Of a stretch of DNA of 51,054 nucleotides, positions 1-9,135 are shown piece by piece. Where the stretch lies: assembly GCA_945906755.1 (NCBI GenBank), contig CAMDRJ010000003.1, positions 1 to 51,054 on the forward strand. The letters run 5' to 3'. The notes beneath the pieces were generated by a model, which worked only from the letters and a program-made list of their open reading frames with translations, had not been told where the DNA came from and made no database searches. Made by a program: the position numbers and the translations under genes. Each line of letters begins with the position of its first letter. Position 1 is the first letter of the stretch. The stretch comes from Klebsiella pneumoniae. Its GTDB lineage: Bacteria; Pseudomonadota; Gammaproteobacteria; Burkholderiales; SG8-39.

Positions 1-148
1 AGGACAAGCGGTTGGACCAATTGAAGCTGCAGTACTAGAGGGCCACCGCCGGGTGGCCCAAAAACCGTGCGGCCGCGTTAGCGACCGCTTCTAGCCGCTT
101 CGAGCGGCTCACAAACTAAAGCCCCCGGCTCTGCCGGGGGATATTTAC
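1..148 (+). mobile_element. IS200/IS605-family element, 3' end of tnpA plus right end (partial)
   Basis: Frame 3..38 reads DKRLDQLKLQY*, typical of an IS200 TnpA C-terminus. Subterminal hairpin CCCCCGGC-TCT-GCCGGGGG at 122-140 is followed by ATATTTAC. The same hairpin core occurs at 50927-50944. Exact end is approximate. Confidence 0.8.
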
Positions 149-151
149 CGG

Positions 152-180
152 TTGTCGATCCCTGCGTCTAGACGTATGAT
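152..180 (+). promoter_or_regulatory. Putative sigma70 promoter for the ABC operon
   Basis: TTGTCG (152-157), 17-bp spacer, TATGAT (175-180), about 135 bp upstream of the ATG at 316. Confidence 0.5.
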
Positions 181-315
181 CCGCACGTGGTCCGCATCGT
201 GCTTCGACCGGCGCGGACCGTTTGTAGCGCGCTGGGCTTCAGCGCGATAGCGCTCTGCCAGAGAATGCAGACACTGCCCGGTTGCTACCCAAGCGAACTT
301 CCGAGGAGACGACAA

Positions 316-1566
316 ATGAAACGAAGCGGTTTCTTGCCCGGCATGGCCGGACTTGCAGCAGCGCTTGCACTTGCCAGTGGCGCGGTCTTTGCCCAAGGTA
401 ATCCGATCAAGATTGGTTGTGGCATGGCGTTGACCGGCGGCATCGCGGCTAACGGCAAAGCAGCGATGATCGCGATGAATCTCTGGGAAGAAGACGTCAA
501 CAAACGCGGCGGCTTGCTCGGTCGCCAAGTCAAGATCACCTGCTACGACGATCAAAGCAATCCGTCGACGGTGCCCGGGATTTATTCGAAGCTGATCGAC
601 AGCGATAAAGTCGATCTGATCGTTTCCGGCTACGGCACCAATCTGATCGCACCTGCGATGCCGCTTGCGATGCAGCGAAACATGCTGTTCATGGGCCTGT
701 TCGGGCTCGATGTGAATCAGAAGTTCAAATATGACCGTTACTTCCAGATCATGCCGACCGGGCCCACGCCCGCGCTGGGTTGGAGCGAGGGCTTCTTCGA
801 AGTTGCCGCGAGCCAGGGCGTGAAGACCATCGCGTTGGTGGGTACCGATGCCGAGTATCCGGCGGTTGCGCTGCAAGCCGCGCGTGAGCACTCGAAACGG
901 AAGGGCCTCAAGTTGGTCTATGACAAGACCTACCCGCCCAACACCGTCGATTACACACCGATCGTGCGAGCGATTCAGGCGACCAATCCGGACGCCGTGT
1001 TCCTCGCCTCGTATCCGCCGGATTCCGCCGGCATGGTGCGTGCCGCCAACGAAGTCGGACTCAAAACCAAAATGTTCGGTGGCGGTCTGGTCGGCCCCCA
1101 GTTTGCGGCGCTTCGTTCCCAATTGGCGGGCCAGATCAACGGCATTGTGAACTTCGAGTTCTGGGCCCCGGAAGTGGCCGACAAATTCCCGTTCATCAAC
1201 GACTTCCTCAAGAAGTACCAGGAACGCGCGGCGAAAGAAGGGGTCGATCAGCTCGGGTTCTACCTGCCGCCTTACGCCTACGCGATGATGCAAGTCTATG
1301 AGCAGGCCATCAAATCCGTGGGTAGCCTTGATCAAGCCAAGCTTGCCGAGCATATCCACAAGGCCGAGTTCGATACCGTGGTCGGCAAGGTGCGCTTCGG
1401 CAAGAACGGTGAATGGGATCGGGCGCGTGTGATGCTGGTGCAGTATCACAGCATCAGCGGTAACGATCTCGACCAATGGCGCAAACCCGGTCGCGTCAGC
1501 ATCCTCTATCCGAACGAATACAAGACCGGCACGATCAAAGCGCCCTACCACGACAATCGGAAATAG
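316..1566 (+). CDS. Branched-chain amino acid-type ABC transporter substrate-binding protein (LivK-like)
   Basis: GAGGAG RBS before ATG 316; signal peptide ending VFA-Q; PIKIG, YDDQSNP and SGYG motifs; first gene of a liv-type operon. Confidence 0.9.
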   Translation: MKRSGFLPGMAGLAAALALASGAVFAQGNPIKIGCGMALTGGIAANGKAAMIAMNLWEEDVNKRGGLLGRQVKITCYDDQSNPSTVPGIYSKLIDSDKVDLIVSGYGTNLIAPAMPLAMQRNMLFMGLFGLDVNQKFKYDRYFQIMPTGPTPALGWSEGFFEVAASQGVKTIALVGTDAEYPAVALQAAREHSKRKGLKLVYDKTYPPNTVDYTPIVRAIQATNPDAVFLASYPPDSAGMVRAANEVGLKTKMFGGGLVGPQFAALRSQLAGQINGIVNFEFWAPEVADKFPFINDFLKKYQERAAKEGVDQLGFYLPPYAYAMMQVYEQAIKSVGSLDQAKLAEHIHKAEFDTVVGKVRFGKNGEWDRARVMLVQYHSISGNDLDQWRKPGRVSILYPNEYKTGTIKAPYHDNRK

Positions 1567-1635
1567 CGACAACGCAGTACCGCGCGCGGGCAGAGCACCC
1601 GCGCGCCGCTGGTGGAATTCACCCCAAGGGAAATT

Positions 1636-2511
1636 ATGGATTTCAACGGGGCGTTGCTGACCAACGCCGTTATATCCGGCTTGCTGCTGGGCGGCTTCTA
1701 TGCCGCGGTGAGCGTCGGCATAGCCATTTCGTTCGGCATGCTGGATGTCGTCAACATCGCACATCCTGCCTTCATCATCCTTGGGTCTTACGTCGCGTTC
1801 ATCGTCAATCAATGGCTTGGCCTTGATCCGATTCTCATCACGCTAATTTTGTCTCCGGCGTTCTTTGCGCTTGGGCTGGTGATGTACCGGATCTTCTATT
1901 ACTGTTTCGAGCGGCACGGGCAGGAATCGCTGCGGGGCTTGGCGTTCTTCTTCGGTATTCTTTTTATCACCGAGGTGGTGCTGATCCTTATCTTCGGTGT
2001 CGACTACCGTTTGGTCAAAACCGCCTACTCCGACACCACCTGGCGTTGGGGTGATATCGATTTCCCGTTGCGCCTCGTCGTGCCGTTCCTGATATCGGTC
2101 GTGATGGTCATGGGTCTTCACTTCTTCATGAAGAAGACCTTCTTCGGGCGTGCCGTGCTGGCCGTGGCCCAGGATCAGCAGGCGCTGCGCCTGATGGGCG
2201 TGAATCCGGTACGCATCAAGGAAGTCGCGTTTGCGATTTCCATCGCAACTGCTGGTGTTGCCGGCGCCTTCCTCGTCGTGATTCTGCCGGTGCAACCGTC
2301 GCTTGGGCGGGAGTTCATCGGGCTCGTCTTTGCCGTCACGGTCTTAGGTGGCATGGGGTCGATCTATGGCGCGCTGCTGGGCGCCTTTATCCTCGGCATC
2401 GCGGAGTCGTTTACCGCGACCTATGCCGGACCCTCCTGGGCGCCGGCGGTCTCGTTCGGTCTGCTGCTGCTTGCTCTGACCTTTAAGCCCTCCGGGCTAC
2501 TCGGGCGTTAG
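1636..2511 (+). CDS. livH: ABC transporter permease, LivH-like
   Basis: Hydrophobic protein with FGMLDVVNIAH, FGRAVLAVAQD and LGGMGS motifs. Confidence 0.88.
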   Translation: MDFNGALLTNAVISGLLLGGFYAAVSVGIAISFGMLDVVNIAHPAFIILGSYVAFIVNQWLGLDPILITLILSPAFFALGLVMYRIFYYCFERHGQESLRGLAFFFGILFITEVVLILIFGVDYRLVKTAYSDTTWRWGDIDFPLRLVVPFLISVVMVMGLHFFMKKTFFGRAVLAVAQDQQALRLMGVNPVRIKEVAFAISIATAGVAGAFLVVILPVQPSLGREFIGLVFAVTVLGGMGSIYGALLGAFILGIAESFTATYAGPSWAPAVSFGLLLLALTFKPSGLLGR

Positions 2512-2516
2512 CGCAC

Positions 2517-3458
2517 ATGAAAAACATGAGCAATCCGGCGTTTGCCGCGGTCGCGCTGATTGTCACCATCGGCTTGATCCTCGCAAGTTTCACGATCCAG
2601 AACGACTACTTCTTCTCGGCCGGTTATCGCGTCCTGATGTTCATCATTCTCGCGACTGCCTGGAATATTCTTGGCGGTTACACCGGCTACGTCAATTTCG
2701 GGATCGCCGGATTCTTCGCGATCGGTGCGTACTCAACCGTCGTTTGCTACAAGCTGGGTGCGCCGATCCTCGTATCGGTAGCGGTGGCAACGCTTGCGGC
2801 CGGCATCGCGGGCTATGCGCTTGGCTATCTGACCATGCGCCTGCGCGGCGTGTTCTTTTCGATCGCGACGCTGGCGCTCGCCGTCATGTTGTTTACCTTC
2901 GTAGTGAACTGGGACTTTGTGGGCGGCGCGCGCGGTACCTATGTGATTCAACCGCGCGAAATTCCGTTCGGACTGCCCCGCTATATTCATTGGCTGTTTG
3001 CGCTCACCGGCGTTCTGGCGGCGCTGTCGATTATCGTCGCGCGTGTGATTGAGAAATCCAACATCGGTCGCGGTTTGGCGGCGATCCGTGATGATGAATT
3101 GGCCGCCGAATGCTCAGGCGTGCCGACACTGCAACTCAAGTTGCTGTCCACTGCGGCAAGCGGCGCCTTGATGGGCACGGCGGGTTCGACGTTTCCCTAC
3201 TTCGTCTCTTATGTGGAGCCAAGTTCCGTCTTCGATCTTGCACTGGCGGTCAACAGCATCGCGATGCCTGTCATTGGCGGCATGACAACCTGGCTTGGGC
3301 CGCTGATCGGTGCAGTGTTGTTAGCGACCCTGCAGCAGGTCATTCAAGTAACCGTATCGTCCGCATGGGGCCTACTCATTACCGGACTCCTGCTCGTTTT
3401 CTTCGTGACGCTCGCCCCAAACGGCATCATGGGTTGGTTGCAGAAGGCGCGGAAATAA
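2517..3458 (+). CDS. livM: ABC transporter permease, LivM-like
   Basis: WNILGGYTGYVNFG, LRGVFFSIATLA and AIRDDELAAE motifs. Confidence 0.88.
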   Translation: MKNMSNPAFAAVALIVTIGLILASFTIQNDYFFSAGYRVLMFIILATAWNILGGYTGYVNFGIAGFFAIGAYSTVVCYKLGAPILVSVAVATLAAGIAGYALGYLTMRLRGVFFSIATLALAVMLFTFVVNWDFVGGARGTYVIQPREIPFGLPRYIHWLFALTGVLAALSIIVARVIEKSNIGRGLAAIRDDELAAECSGVPTLQLKLLSTAASGALMGTAGSTFPYFVSYVEPSSVFDLALAVNSIAMPVIGGMTTWLGPLIGAVLLATLQQVIQVTVSSAWGLLITGLLLVFFVTLAPNGIMGWLQKARK

Positions 3459-3462
3459 GCCC

Positions 3463-4200
3463 ATGGCCAACGCATTGCTCGATGTCAAAGGCATTACCAA
3501 GCGTTTTGGTGGCTTCACTGCGCTTGATCACGTCGATCTCACCCTTGCTGCCGGCGAGCGGCTCGGACTGATCGGCCCGAACGGGTCCGGCAAAAGTACG
3601 CTCGTGAATTGCATCACCGGGGTCCTGTTTGCCGAAGAAGGTTCGGTGAATTTCGACGGCCATGATGTCTCCAAGTTGCAAGCGCATCAGCGCATTCGGC
3701 GCGGCCTGGCGCGTAGCTTTCAGATCCCGAAGCCGTTTGCGAGCATGAGCGTGGTCGAAAATCTTTGCGTACCGCTCATCTATGCCGCGCCTGCCGGTTC
3801 GAGCTCCAAGCGTCGGTCGGCCGATGTACATGGCGAGGCGATGAGCATCCTCACGGAAATCGGCCTCGCGGATAAAGCAGACGCCAGATCCGGCGGCCTC
3901 ACGCAGGTCGATATGCGCAAGCTGGAACTCGCGCGCGCCATCGCGGCCAAGCCGAAGCTCTTGATATCGGATGAGGCCATGGCGGGCCTGTCGAGCAGCG
4001 AGGTCGATGACATCATCGGGCTTCTTCTCAAGATGAAGGAGCGCAACATCGCGGTCATCATGATCGAGCACATCATGCGCGCGGTCGTGAAATTTTCCGA
4101 ACGGGTGGTGGTGCTCGATGCCGGGAAAAAAATCGCCGAGGGCGATCCACAGTCGGTGATGAAGAATCCGCTCGTGGAGAAAGCGTATCTTGGCGAATAA
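3463..4200 (+). CDS. livG: ABC transporter ATP-binding protein, LivG-like
   Basis: Walker A GPNGSGKS, Walker B region LLISDE, IEH, C-terminal AYLG. Confidence 0.9.
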   Translation: MANALLDVKGITKRFGGFTALDHVDLTLAAGERLGLIGPNGSGKSTLVNCITGVLFAEEGSVNFDGHDVSKLQAHQRIRRGLARSFQIPKPFASMSVVENLCVPLIYAAPAGSSSKRRSADVHGEAMSILTEIGLADKADARSGGLTQVDMRKLELARAIAAKPKLLISDEAMAGLSSSEVDDIIGLLLKMKERNIAVIMIEHIMRAVVKFSERVVVLDAGKKIAEGDPQSVMKNPLVEKAYLGE

Positions 4201-4939
4201 CGGGACAGGCAAGAACGGTATTCGCGTCGAAGGCGTTGACGCGGGTTATGGCGCGGTGCGCGTACTGGACAAGGTGTCGATGCATGTCGCGGACGGCGAG
4301 ACCGTAACGCTGCTCGGTACCAACGGCAACGGCAAGAGCACGCTGATCAAATGCCTCATGGGTCTGGTGCGCCCGACCGCCGGCAAAGTGATCGCCACCA
4401 TCGATGGCACCGAATACGATCTGTCGAAGTACGAGACCGAAGCGATCGTCAATCTTGGCATTGCGCTGGTCCCGGAAGGCCGTCGACTCTTCCCCAAACT
4501 CACGGTGGAGGAGAACTTGTTGCTCGGTGCGTATCGCCCATCGGCGCGCGCCAAGATCGCCGAGAACCTCGACTTCGCATTCACCGCGTTTCCGCGACTC
4601 AAAGAGCGCAATACGCAACTGGCGGGCAGCATGTCTGGCGGTGAGCAGCAGATGCTCGCATTGGCCCGCGCGGTGATGACAGCACCAAAAATTCTGTTGA
4701 TCGATGAGCCATCGGTGGGGCTGGCGCCGATATTCGTATCCCGCACGATTGAGAAGATCGCCGAGTTGAAAGAGCGCTACAACCTCACTGTGCTGATGGC
4801 CGAACAGAACTTCAATCAGGCGATCAAGATTGCCGATCGCGGTTATGTGATCGTCCACGGGCATATCGAATTCGAAGGCCGGACGCGCGACGAGTTGCGC
4901 AATAACGAGACCATCAAGAAGCTTTATTTGGGGTTGTAG
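4190..4939 (+). CDS. livF: ABC transporter ATP-binding protein, LivF-like
   Basis: GTNGNGKS, VPEGRRLF, MSGGEQQM, IDEPS, AEQN. Confidence 0.9.
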   Translation: MANNGTGKNGIRVEGVDAGYGAVRVLDKVSMHVADGETVTLLGTNGNGKSTLIKCLMGLVRPTAGKVIATIDGTEYDLSKYETEAIVNLGIALVPEGRRLFPKLTVEENLLLGAYRPSARAKIAENLDFAFTAFPRLKERNTQLAGSMSGGEQQMLALARAVMTAPKILLIDEPSVGLAPIFVSRTIEKIAELKERYNLTVLMAEQNFNQAIKIADRGYVIVHGHIEFEGRTRDELRNNETIKKLYLGL

Positions 4940-4954
4940 GAGTCCACACTGATC

Positions 4955-5893
4955 ATGGCCACCCGCCGCAGCAAAGTTCCTCTTCTAAGCGATCGCCTAC
5001 CTTATTCGGCGATCATCGATCGTCCGCCGCTCACGCTCCCCGATGACGCGCGTATCGCGGTGTGGACGATCGTCAACTGCGAGCATTGGTCGATCGAACG
5101 CGCGATGCCGCGGACCGTACTGCCACCGCCGATGGGTCAACCGCTGTTGCCGGATCTGCCTAACTGGGCTTGGCATGAGTACGGCATGCGGGTCGGTATT
5201 TGGCGCCTGTTCGAATGCATGGAGAAATACGGCATTACGCCGACCTTCGCGGTCAACGGCTCGGTCATCAGCAAGTATCCACGCATCGCGAACGCCGCCA
5301 AGAAGGCGGGCTGGGAATTCATGGGTCATGGCTATCTGCAAGGCCCGATGCATCATGTCGCCGATCAGCGGCAGGCGATTCGCGACACGTTCAACGCGAT
5401 CAAGAAATTCACCGGCAAAGGCCCGCGTGGCTGGGAAAGTCCGGGTCTCACCGAAACCGCCGAAACGATCGATTTCCTGGCCGAAGAAGGCATTGAGTAT
5501 GTGGCGGACTGGGTGCTGGATGATCAACCCACGCGGATTCGCACTACCACCGGTTCGATCGTCTCGGTGCCCTATACCGTCGAGACCAATGACATCAATA
5601 TCTTTGCCTTGCAGCATCACTCGTCCGAAGAGTGGTTGCGCCGAGGTATCGCGCAGTTCGATCGCTTGTATGACGAAGGCGCTTCGATCCGGCGCGTCAT
5701 GGCGATCTCGACGCATGCGTATCTCTCCGGCGTGCCGCACCGCATCGGGTATCTTGAAAAGTTGTATCAACACATCCTGTCGAAGCCGGGCGTTTGTCTC
5801 TGGACCGGTGGCCAGATCTACGACTGGTATGTCGATCAAACCGGCGGCGCTGCGCCACGCAAGTCGGCCCGGCGCGCCGCGGCTAAGCGATAA
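4955..5893 (+). CDS. Polysaccharide deacetylase family protein (PuuE/allantoinase-like CE4)
   Basis: WHEYGMRVG, EFMGHG, PRGWESP, DDQP and TH motifs of the CE4 PuuE-like group. Confidence 0.8.
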   Translation: MATRRSKVPLLSDRLPYSAIIDRPPLTLPDDARIAVWTIVNCEHWSIERAMPRTVLPPPMGQPLLPDLPNWAWHEYGMRVGIWRLFECMEKYGITPTFAVNGSVISKYPRIANAAKKAGWEFMGHGYLQGPMHHVADQRQAIRDTFNAIKKFTGKGPRGWESPGLTETAETIDFLAEEGIEYVADWVLDDQPTRIRTTTGSIVSVPYTVETNDINIFALQHHSSEEWLRRGIAQFDRLYDEGASIRRVMAISTHAYLSGVPHRIGYLEKLYQHILSKPGVCLWTGGQIYDWYVDQTGGAAPRKSARRAAAKR

Positions 5894-5908
5894 CGGGCCA
5901 TCTCGACT

Positions 5909-6862
5909 ATGAAGCTGCGCTTCGTGCCGGTCGGTGCCTTCGGCGCGGTGATGGGTGTTGCGGGGCTTGCGTTGGTGTCGCGTGAAGCGCACAAGGTGCT
6001 CGGTTTTCCCGCGTGGGTCGGCGAAAGTTGGGCCGCGCTCGCGGTCCTGCTTCTCGCCGCGTTGCTGGCGGTGTATGGACTCAAAGTGCTCAAGTATCGC
6101 GACGCCGTCAAAGCGGAACTCGACAATCCCGGACAACTCGCCTTCTTTGGCAGCATCCCGATTGCACTCGCCCTGGTCGGCGGTTGTCTCGCGCCCTATG
6201 CGCTAGTGCTCGCCAAGGCGCTCTGGTGGATCGCGGTCGTGGCGATCGTGCTGCTGCAGGTGTTTAGTTTGAGTCGTTGGCTTGCAGGGGGTGTCGATCC
6301 CGGTCAAGTGAACACCGGCTGGATGATCATGATGATCGGTCCAATGCCAATGGCGGCGGGCGGCTTGGCGATCGGCGAGCTTGAGTCGGCGCGCTTCCTG
6401 TTTGGTCTTGGCTTGATCGCGACCCCGTTTATTATGGGCATGGCCTTTCAGCGCACTATCACTGGCGCGACATTGCCAGGGGGTGTGCGCCCACTCTCAT
6501 TCATATTGCTGGTACCCCCTGCACTAACCAGCGCGCTGGTTCCGGCTCTGTGGGACGTGCCGGGTCACTATCTGCTGGATGCTCTCTTCTATTTTGATCT
6601 AGTGCTTTGCGCGGGGTTGCTCGCCGCATCGCGACACTTTGCCAAGTGGCCCTTCACACCCGTTTGGTGGGCGATGACCTTCCCCTTGGATTCATTGGCC
6701 GCTGCGGGACTCGTATTCCTCAAGTTGAATCCCGGGCAACCCGCCGCCGCCTTGGCATGGACGACGGTGGGCCTTGCGACGGTGGTCGTGATCATGGTCG
6801 GGTATCGCACGATCAAGGCCCTTGCGAGCGACACGCTCTTTGTGGCGCCCAAGCCGGCTTAA
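5909..6862 (+). CDS. SLAC1/TehA-family anion channel (C4-dicarboxylate/malate transporter family)
   Basis: About 10 TM segments; FGAVMG, ILLVPPA and WWAMTFP motifs. Confidence 0.8.
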   Translation: MKLRFVPVGAFGAVMGVAGLALVSREAHKVLGFPAWVGESWAALAVLLLAALLAVYGLKVLKYRDAVKAELDNPGQLAFFGSIPIALALVGGCLAPYALVLAKALWWIAVVAIVLLQVFSLSRWLAGGVDPGQVNTGWMIMMIGPMPMAAGGLAIGELESARFLFGLGLIATPFIMGMAFQRTITGATLPGGVRPLSFILLVPPALTSALVPALWDVPGHYLLDALFYFDLVLCAGLLAASRHFAKWPFTPVWWAMTFPLDSLAAAGLVFLKLNPGQPAAALAWTTVGLATVVVIMVGYRTIKALASDTLFVAPKPA

Positions 6863-6908
6863 GCGGCCAGGCGTTTAGAATCGATAGCCTGAACGAAGGG
6901 TGGGACGC

Positions 6909-7721
6909 ATGAACGCCGGTTGCTCGATTGAAGCACTTGCCGCAGCGATCCCGGATGGCGCGAAGCTCGCTATTCCCGGTGATGATCGCGGCGTCGCGAT
7001 GGCCGCCACGCGCGCGCTGGTGCGTCGCGGTGTGCGCGATCTCCACCTTGTGTGCGTACCGATCTCGGGCATCCAGGCGGATATCCTGATTGGCGCCGGA
7101 TGCGTGCGAACCATCGAGACCTCCGCGGTAACGCTTGGCGAATATGGCCTTGCGCCACGCTTCACCGCCGCCATTAAATCGGGACACCTTCGTATCCTCG
7201 ATGCCACCTGTCCCGCCATTCATGCAGCATTACAGGCCACGCAAAAAGGACAGCCTTTCGTGCCGATTCGCGGGCTTCTCGGAACGGATGTGTTGCGCAA
7301 TCGGCCTGATTGGAAAGTGATCGACAACCCGTTCAACGCTGCCGAGCCGATCGTGCTCGTGCCCAATATCCAACCCGATATCGCGCTCTTTCATGCACCG
7401 CTTGCCGATCGCGCCGGCAACGTGTTCATTGGGCGCAAACGCGAGCTGCTCAATGCCGCGCATGCGGCCAAACAAACATTCGTGACGGTCGAACGCATCA
7501 CCGATGAAGACTTGTTGGCCGATGAAGGGCGTGCGGCGGGCGTGATTCCATCGATCTATATTTCGCGCATTGCGTTGGCCGAACGCGGCGCTTGGCCGCT
7601 CCGGTTTTGGGATGCTTACCCGGAGGACGAAGCTGAACTCACCCGGTATGCGACGATGGCCAAGTCGGCGGACGGCTTTCGTGAATGGCTGGCCGACTGG
7701 ATGAACGCGAAGGCAGCATGA
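6909..7721 (+). CDS. CoA-transferase subunit A-like (GctA/PcaI fold)
   Basis: PFVPIRGLLGTD and PDIALFHAPLADRAGN motifs; coupled to the B subunit by an ATGA overlap. Confidence 0.8.
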   Translation: MNAGCSIEALAAAIPDGAKLAIPGDDRGVAMAATRALVRRGVRDLHLVCVPISGIQADILIGAGCVRTIETSAVTLGEYGLAPRFTAAIKSGHLRILDATCPAIHAALQATQKGQPFVPIRGLLGTDVLRNRPDWKVIDNPFNAAEPIVLVPNIQPDIALFHAPLADRAGNVFIGRKRELLNAAHAAKQTFVTVERITDEDLLADEGRAAGVIPSIYISRIALAERGAWPLRFWDAYPEDEAELTRYATMAKSADGFREWLADWMNAKAA

Positions 7722-8440
7722 GTTCTTCGTCGACAGTGCTGCTGATCTCGGTCATCGCACGGCTCTTGGCCGATTGCCGACATGTGGCGGTTGGTGCGTC
7801 CTCGCCAATTCCCGGATCGGCGGCGCTCCTCGCGCGTCACCGAACCGATGGTGCGATGCGCGTCACCGTCTTAGGCTCGATGCGCAACAACGCTTTCACC
7901 AATGGCGGTGTGGAACTCTTTGATCTCGCGGTGCAAGGACGCATCGACGCATTTTTTCTTGGCGGCGGGCAGATCGACGGCGAAGCGAACATCAATCTGG
8001 TCGGCACTGGCGACTACCCGCAAGTCGATGTGCGCTGGCCCGGTTCATTCGGCTCAGCGTATCTGTATTTCCTCGTGCCGCGCGTCATCCTTTTTCGCGA
8101 GGAACATACGCGCCGCGTGATGGTGCCAAAGGTCGATTTCATCAGCGCACCAGGCGTGAGCGAGCCAGGCGTTTATCGTCCGGGCGGGCCGGCGGCCTTG
8201 GTGACCAGCCTCGCGCACTTTTCGTTTGATCGAACGCGGCGGCGTTTTCGCATCGAAAGCGTGCATCCCGGTCATACGCTGGAAGAAGTGCTCGACCACA
8301 CCGGCTTTGTGTTCGATCAACCGGCCAGCGTGCCGACGACGACGCTACCCGATGCGGCAACCCTCGCTCTGATAAACGGGCCGATTCGCGAGGAGATCGC
8401 CGAGGTCTATCCGCGCTTTGCGGCGAAACTTATCGCCTGA
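7718..8440 (+). CDS. CoA-transferase subunit B-like (GctB/PcaJ fold)
   Basis: FFLGGGQIDGEANIN, KVDFISAPG and SVHPG...TGF motifs. Confidence 0.8.
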   Translation: MSSSSTVLLISVIARLLADCRHVAVGASSPIPGSAALLARHRTDGAMRVTVLGSMRNNAFTNGGVELFDLAVQGRIDAFFLGGGQIDGEANINLVGTGDYPQVDVRWPGSFGSAYLYFLVPRVILFREEHTRRVMVPKVDFISAPGVSEPGVYRPGGPAALVTSLAHFSFDRTRRRFRIESVHPGHTLEEVLDHTGFVFDQPASVPTTTLPDAATLALINGPIREEIAEVYPRFAAKLIA

Positions 8441-9056
8441 ATTCCAGCATGTACTGGTAGGGCAGATCGTCGTAGCGCTTGGCTAACCGAAACCCGGCCA
8501 GCGCCATCTCATCGATGACCTGTTTATCGGCGAGCTTCATGCCAGGTGGCGGACCGACCGGCAGTTCGCGTTTATGGAAGTCGACGACGACAATCCGGCC
8601 ATTTGCGCGCAGCCCCTCGCGCAGTTTTGCGTAATAACGCGGCCGATTGACGATATGGTGCAGCACATCGCAGATGAATATCGTGTCGATGGTTGCCTGC
8701 GGCAGACGCGGATCGTCGCGTGCAGCGAGAACCGGTACGACATTCTTCGGTTCACCCCGCATGATCGCTGAGAGCAGCGCGGTATCGATGTCAACCGCGT
8801 AGACAGACTTCACCACCGGTACAAACCGCCGCGTGAAGTAACCGGTGCCTGCGCCGATGTCTGCGACCACCTCGTCTGGCTTGAGTTGCAGCGCGGCGAT
8901 CACTTGGCTTGGGCGCTGCCAGGCATCCCGCTCCGGGTTCTCAAGGATGCGCTCCCATTCTGCCAATGGGCGCTCGCGATGATGATGCATCCCGGTGCCA
9001 TGGCATCCTGCCAGCAGCGTCAACGTCATGGCCAGCAGAGTTACCAAGGATTTCAA
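8430..9056 (-). CDS. Class I SAM-dependent methyltransferase with predicted lipoprotein signal
   Basis: Motif I VADIGAGTG, YAVDID and DVLHH; N-terminal LAG-C lipobox; AGGAG RBS. Confidence 0.8.
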   Translation of the reverse strand: MKSLVTLLAMTLTLLAGCHGTGMHHHRERPLAEWERILENPERDAWQRPSQVIAALQLKPDEVVADIGAGTGYFTRRFVPVVKSVYAVDIDTALLSAIMRGEPKNVVPVLAARDDPRLPQATIDTIFICDVLHHIVNRPRYYAKLREGLRANGRIVVVDFHKRELPVGPPPGMKLADKQVIDEMALAGFRLAKRYDDLPYQYMLEFRR

Positions 9057-9135
9057 TGCGTTCTCCTATTGCGTGGCGGGACGGCTGGCGCGATTTGCGC
9101 TACTTTAGCGCTGAATACGAATCCGAGAGACAGCG

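Noticed and set aside
1-148. TnpB/IscB RNA-guided nuclease system
   Set aside because: The tnpA stop is only about 110 bp from the right end, leaving no room for tnpB.
145-1812. Long antisense ORFs (145..1812, 4997..6136, 11391..12824, 37615..38451 and others)
   Set aside because: They shadow well-supported genes on the opposite strand, as expected in high-GC DNA, and carry no recognisable motifs.
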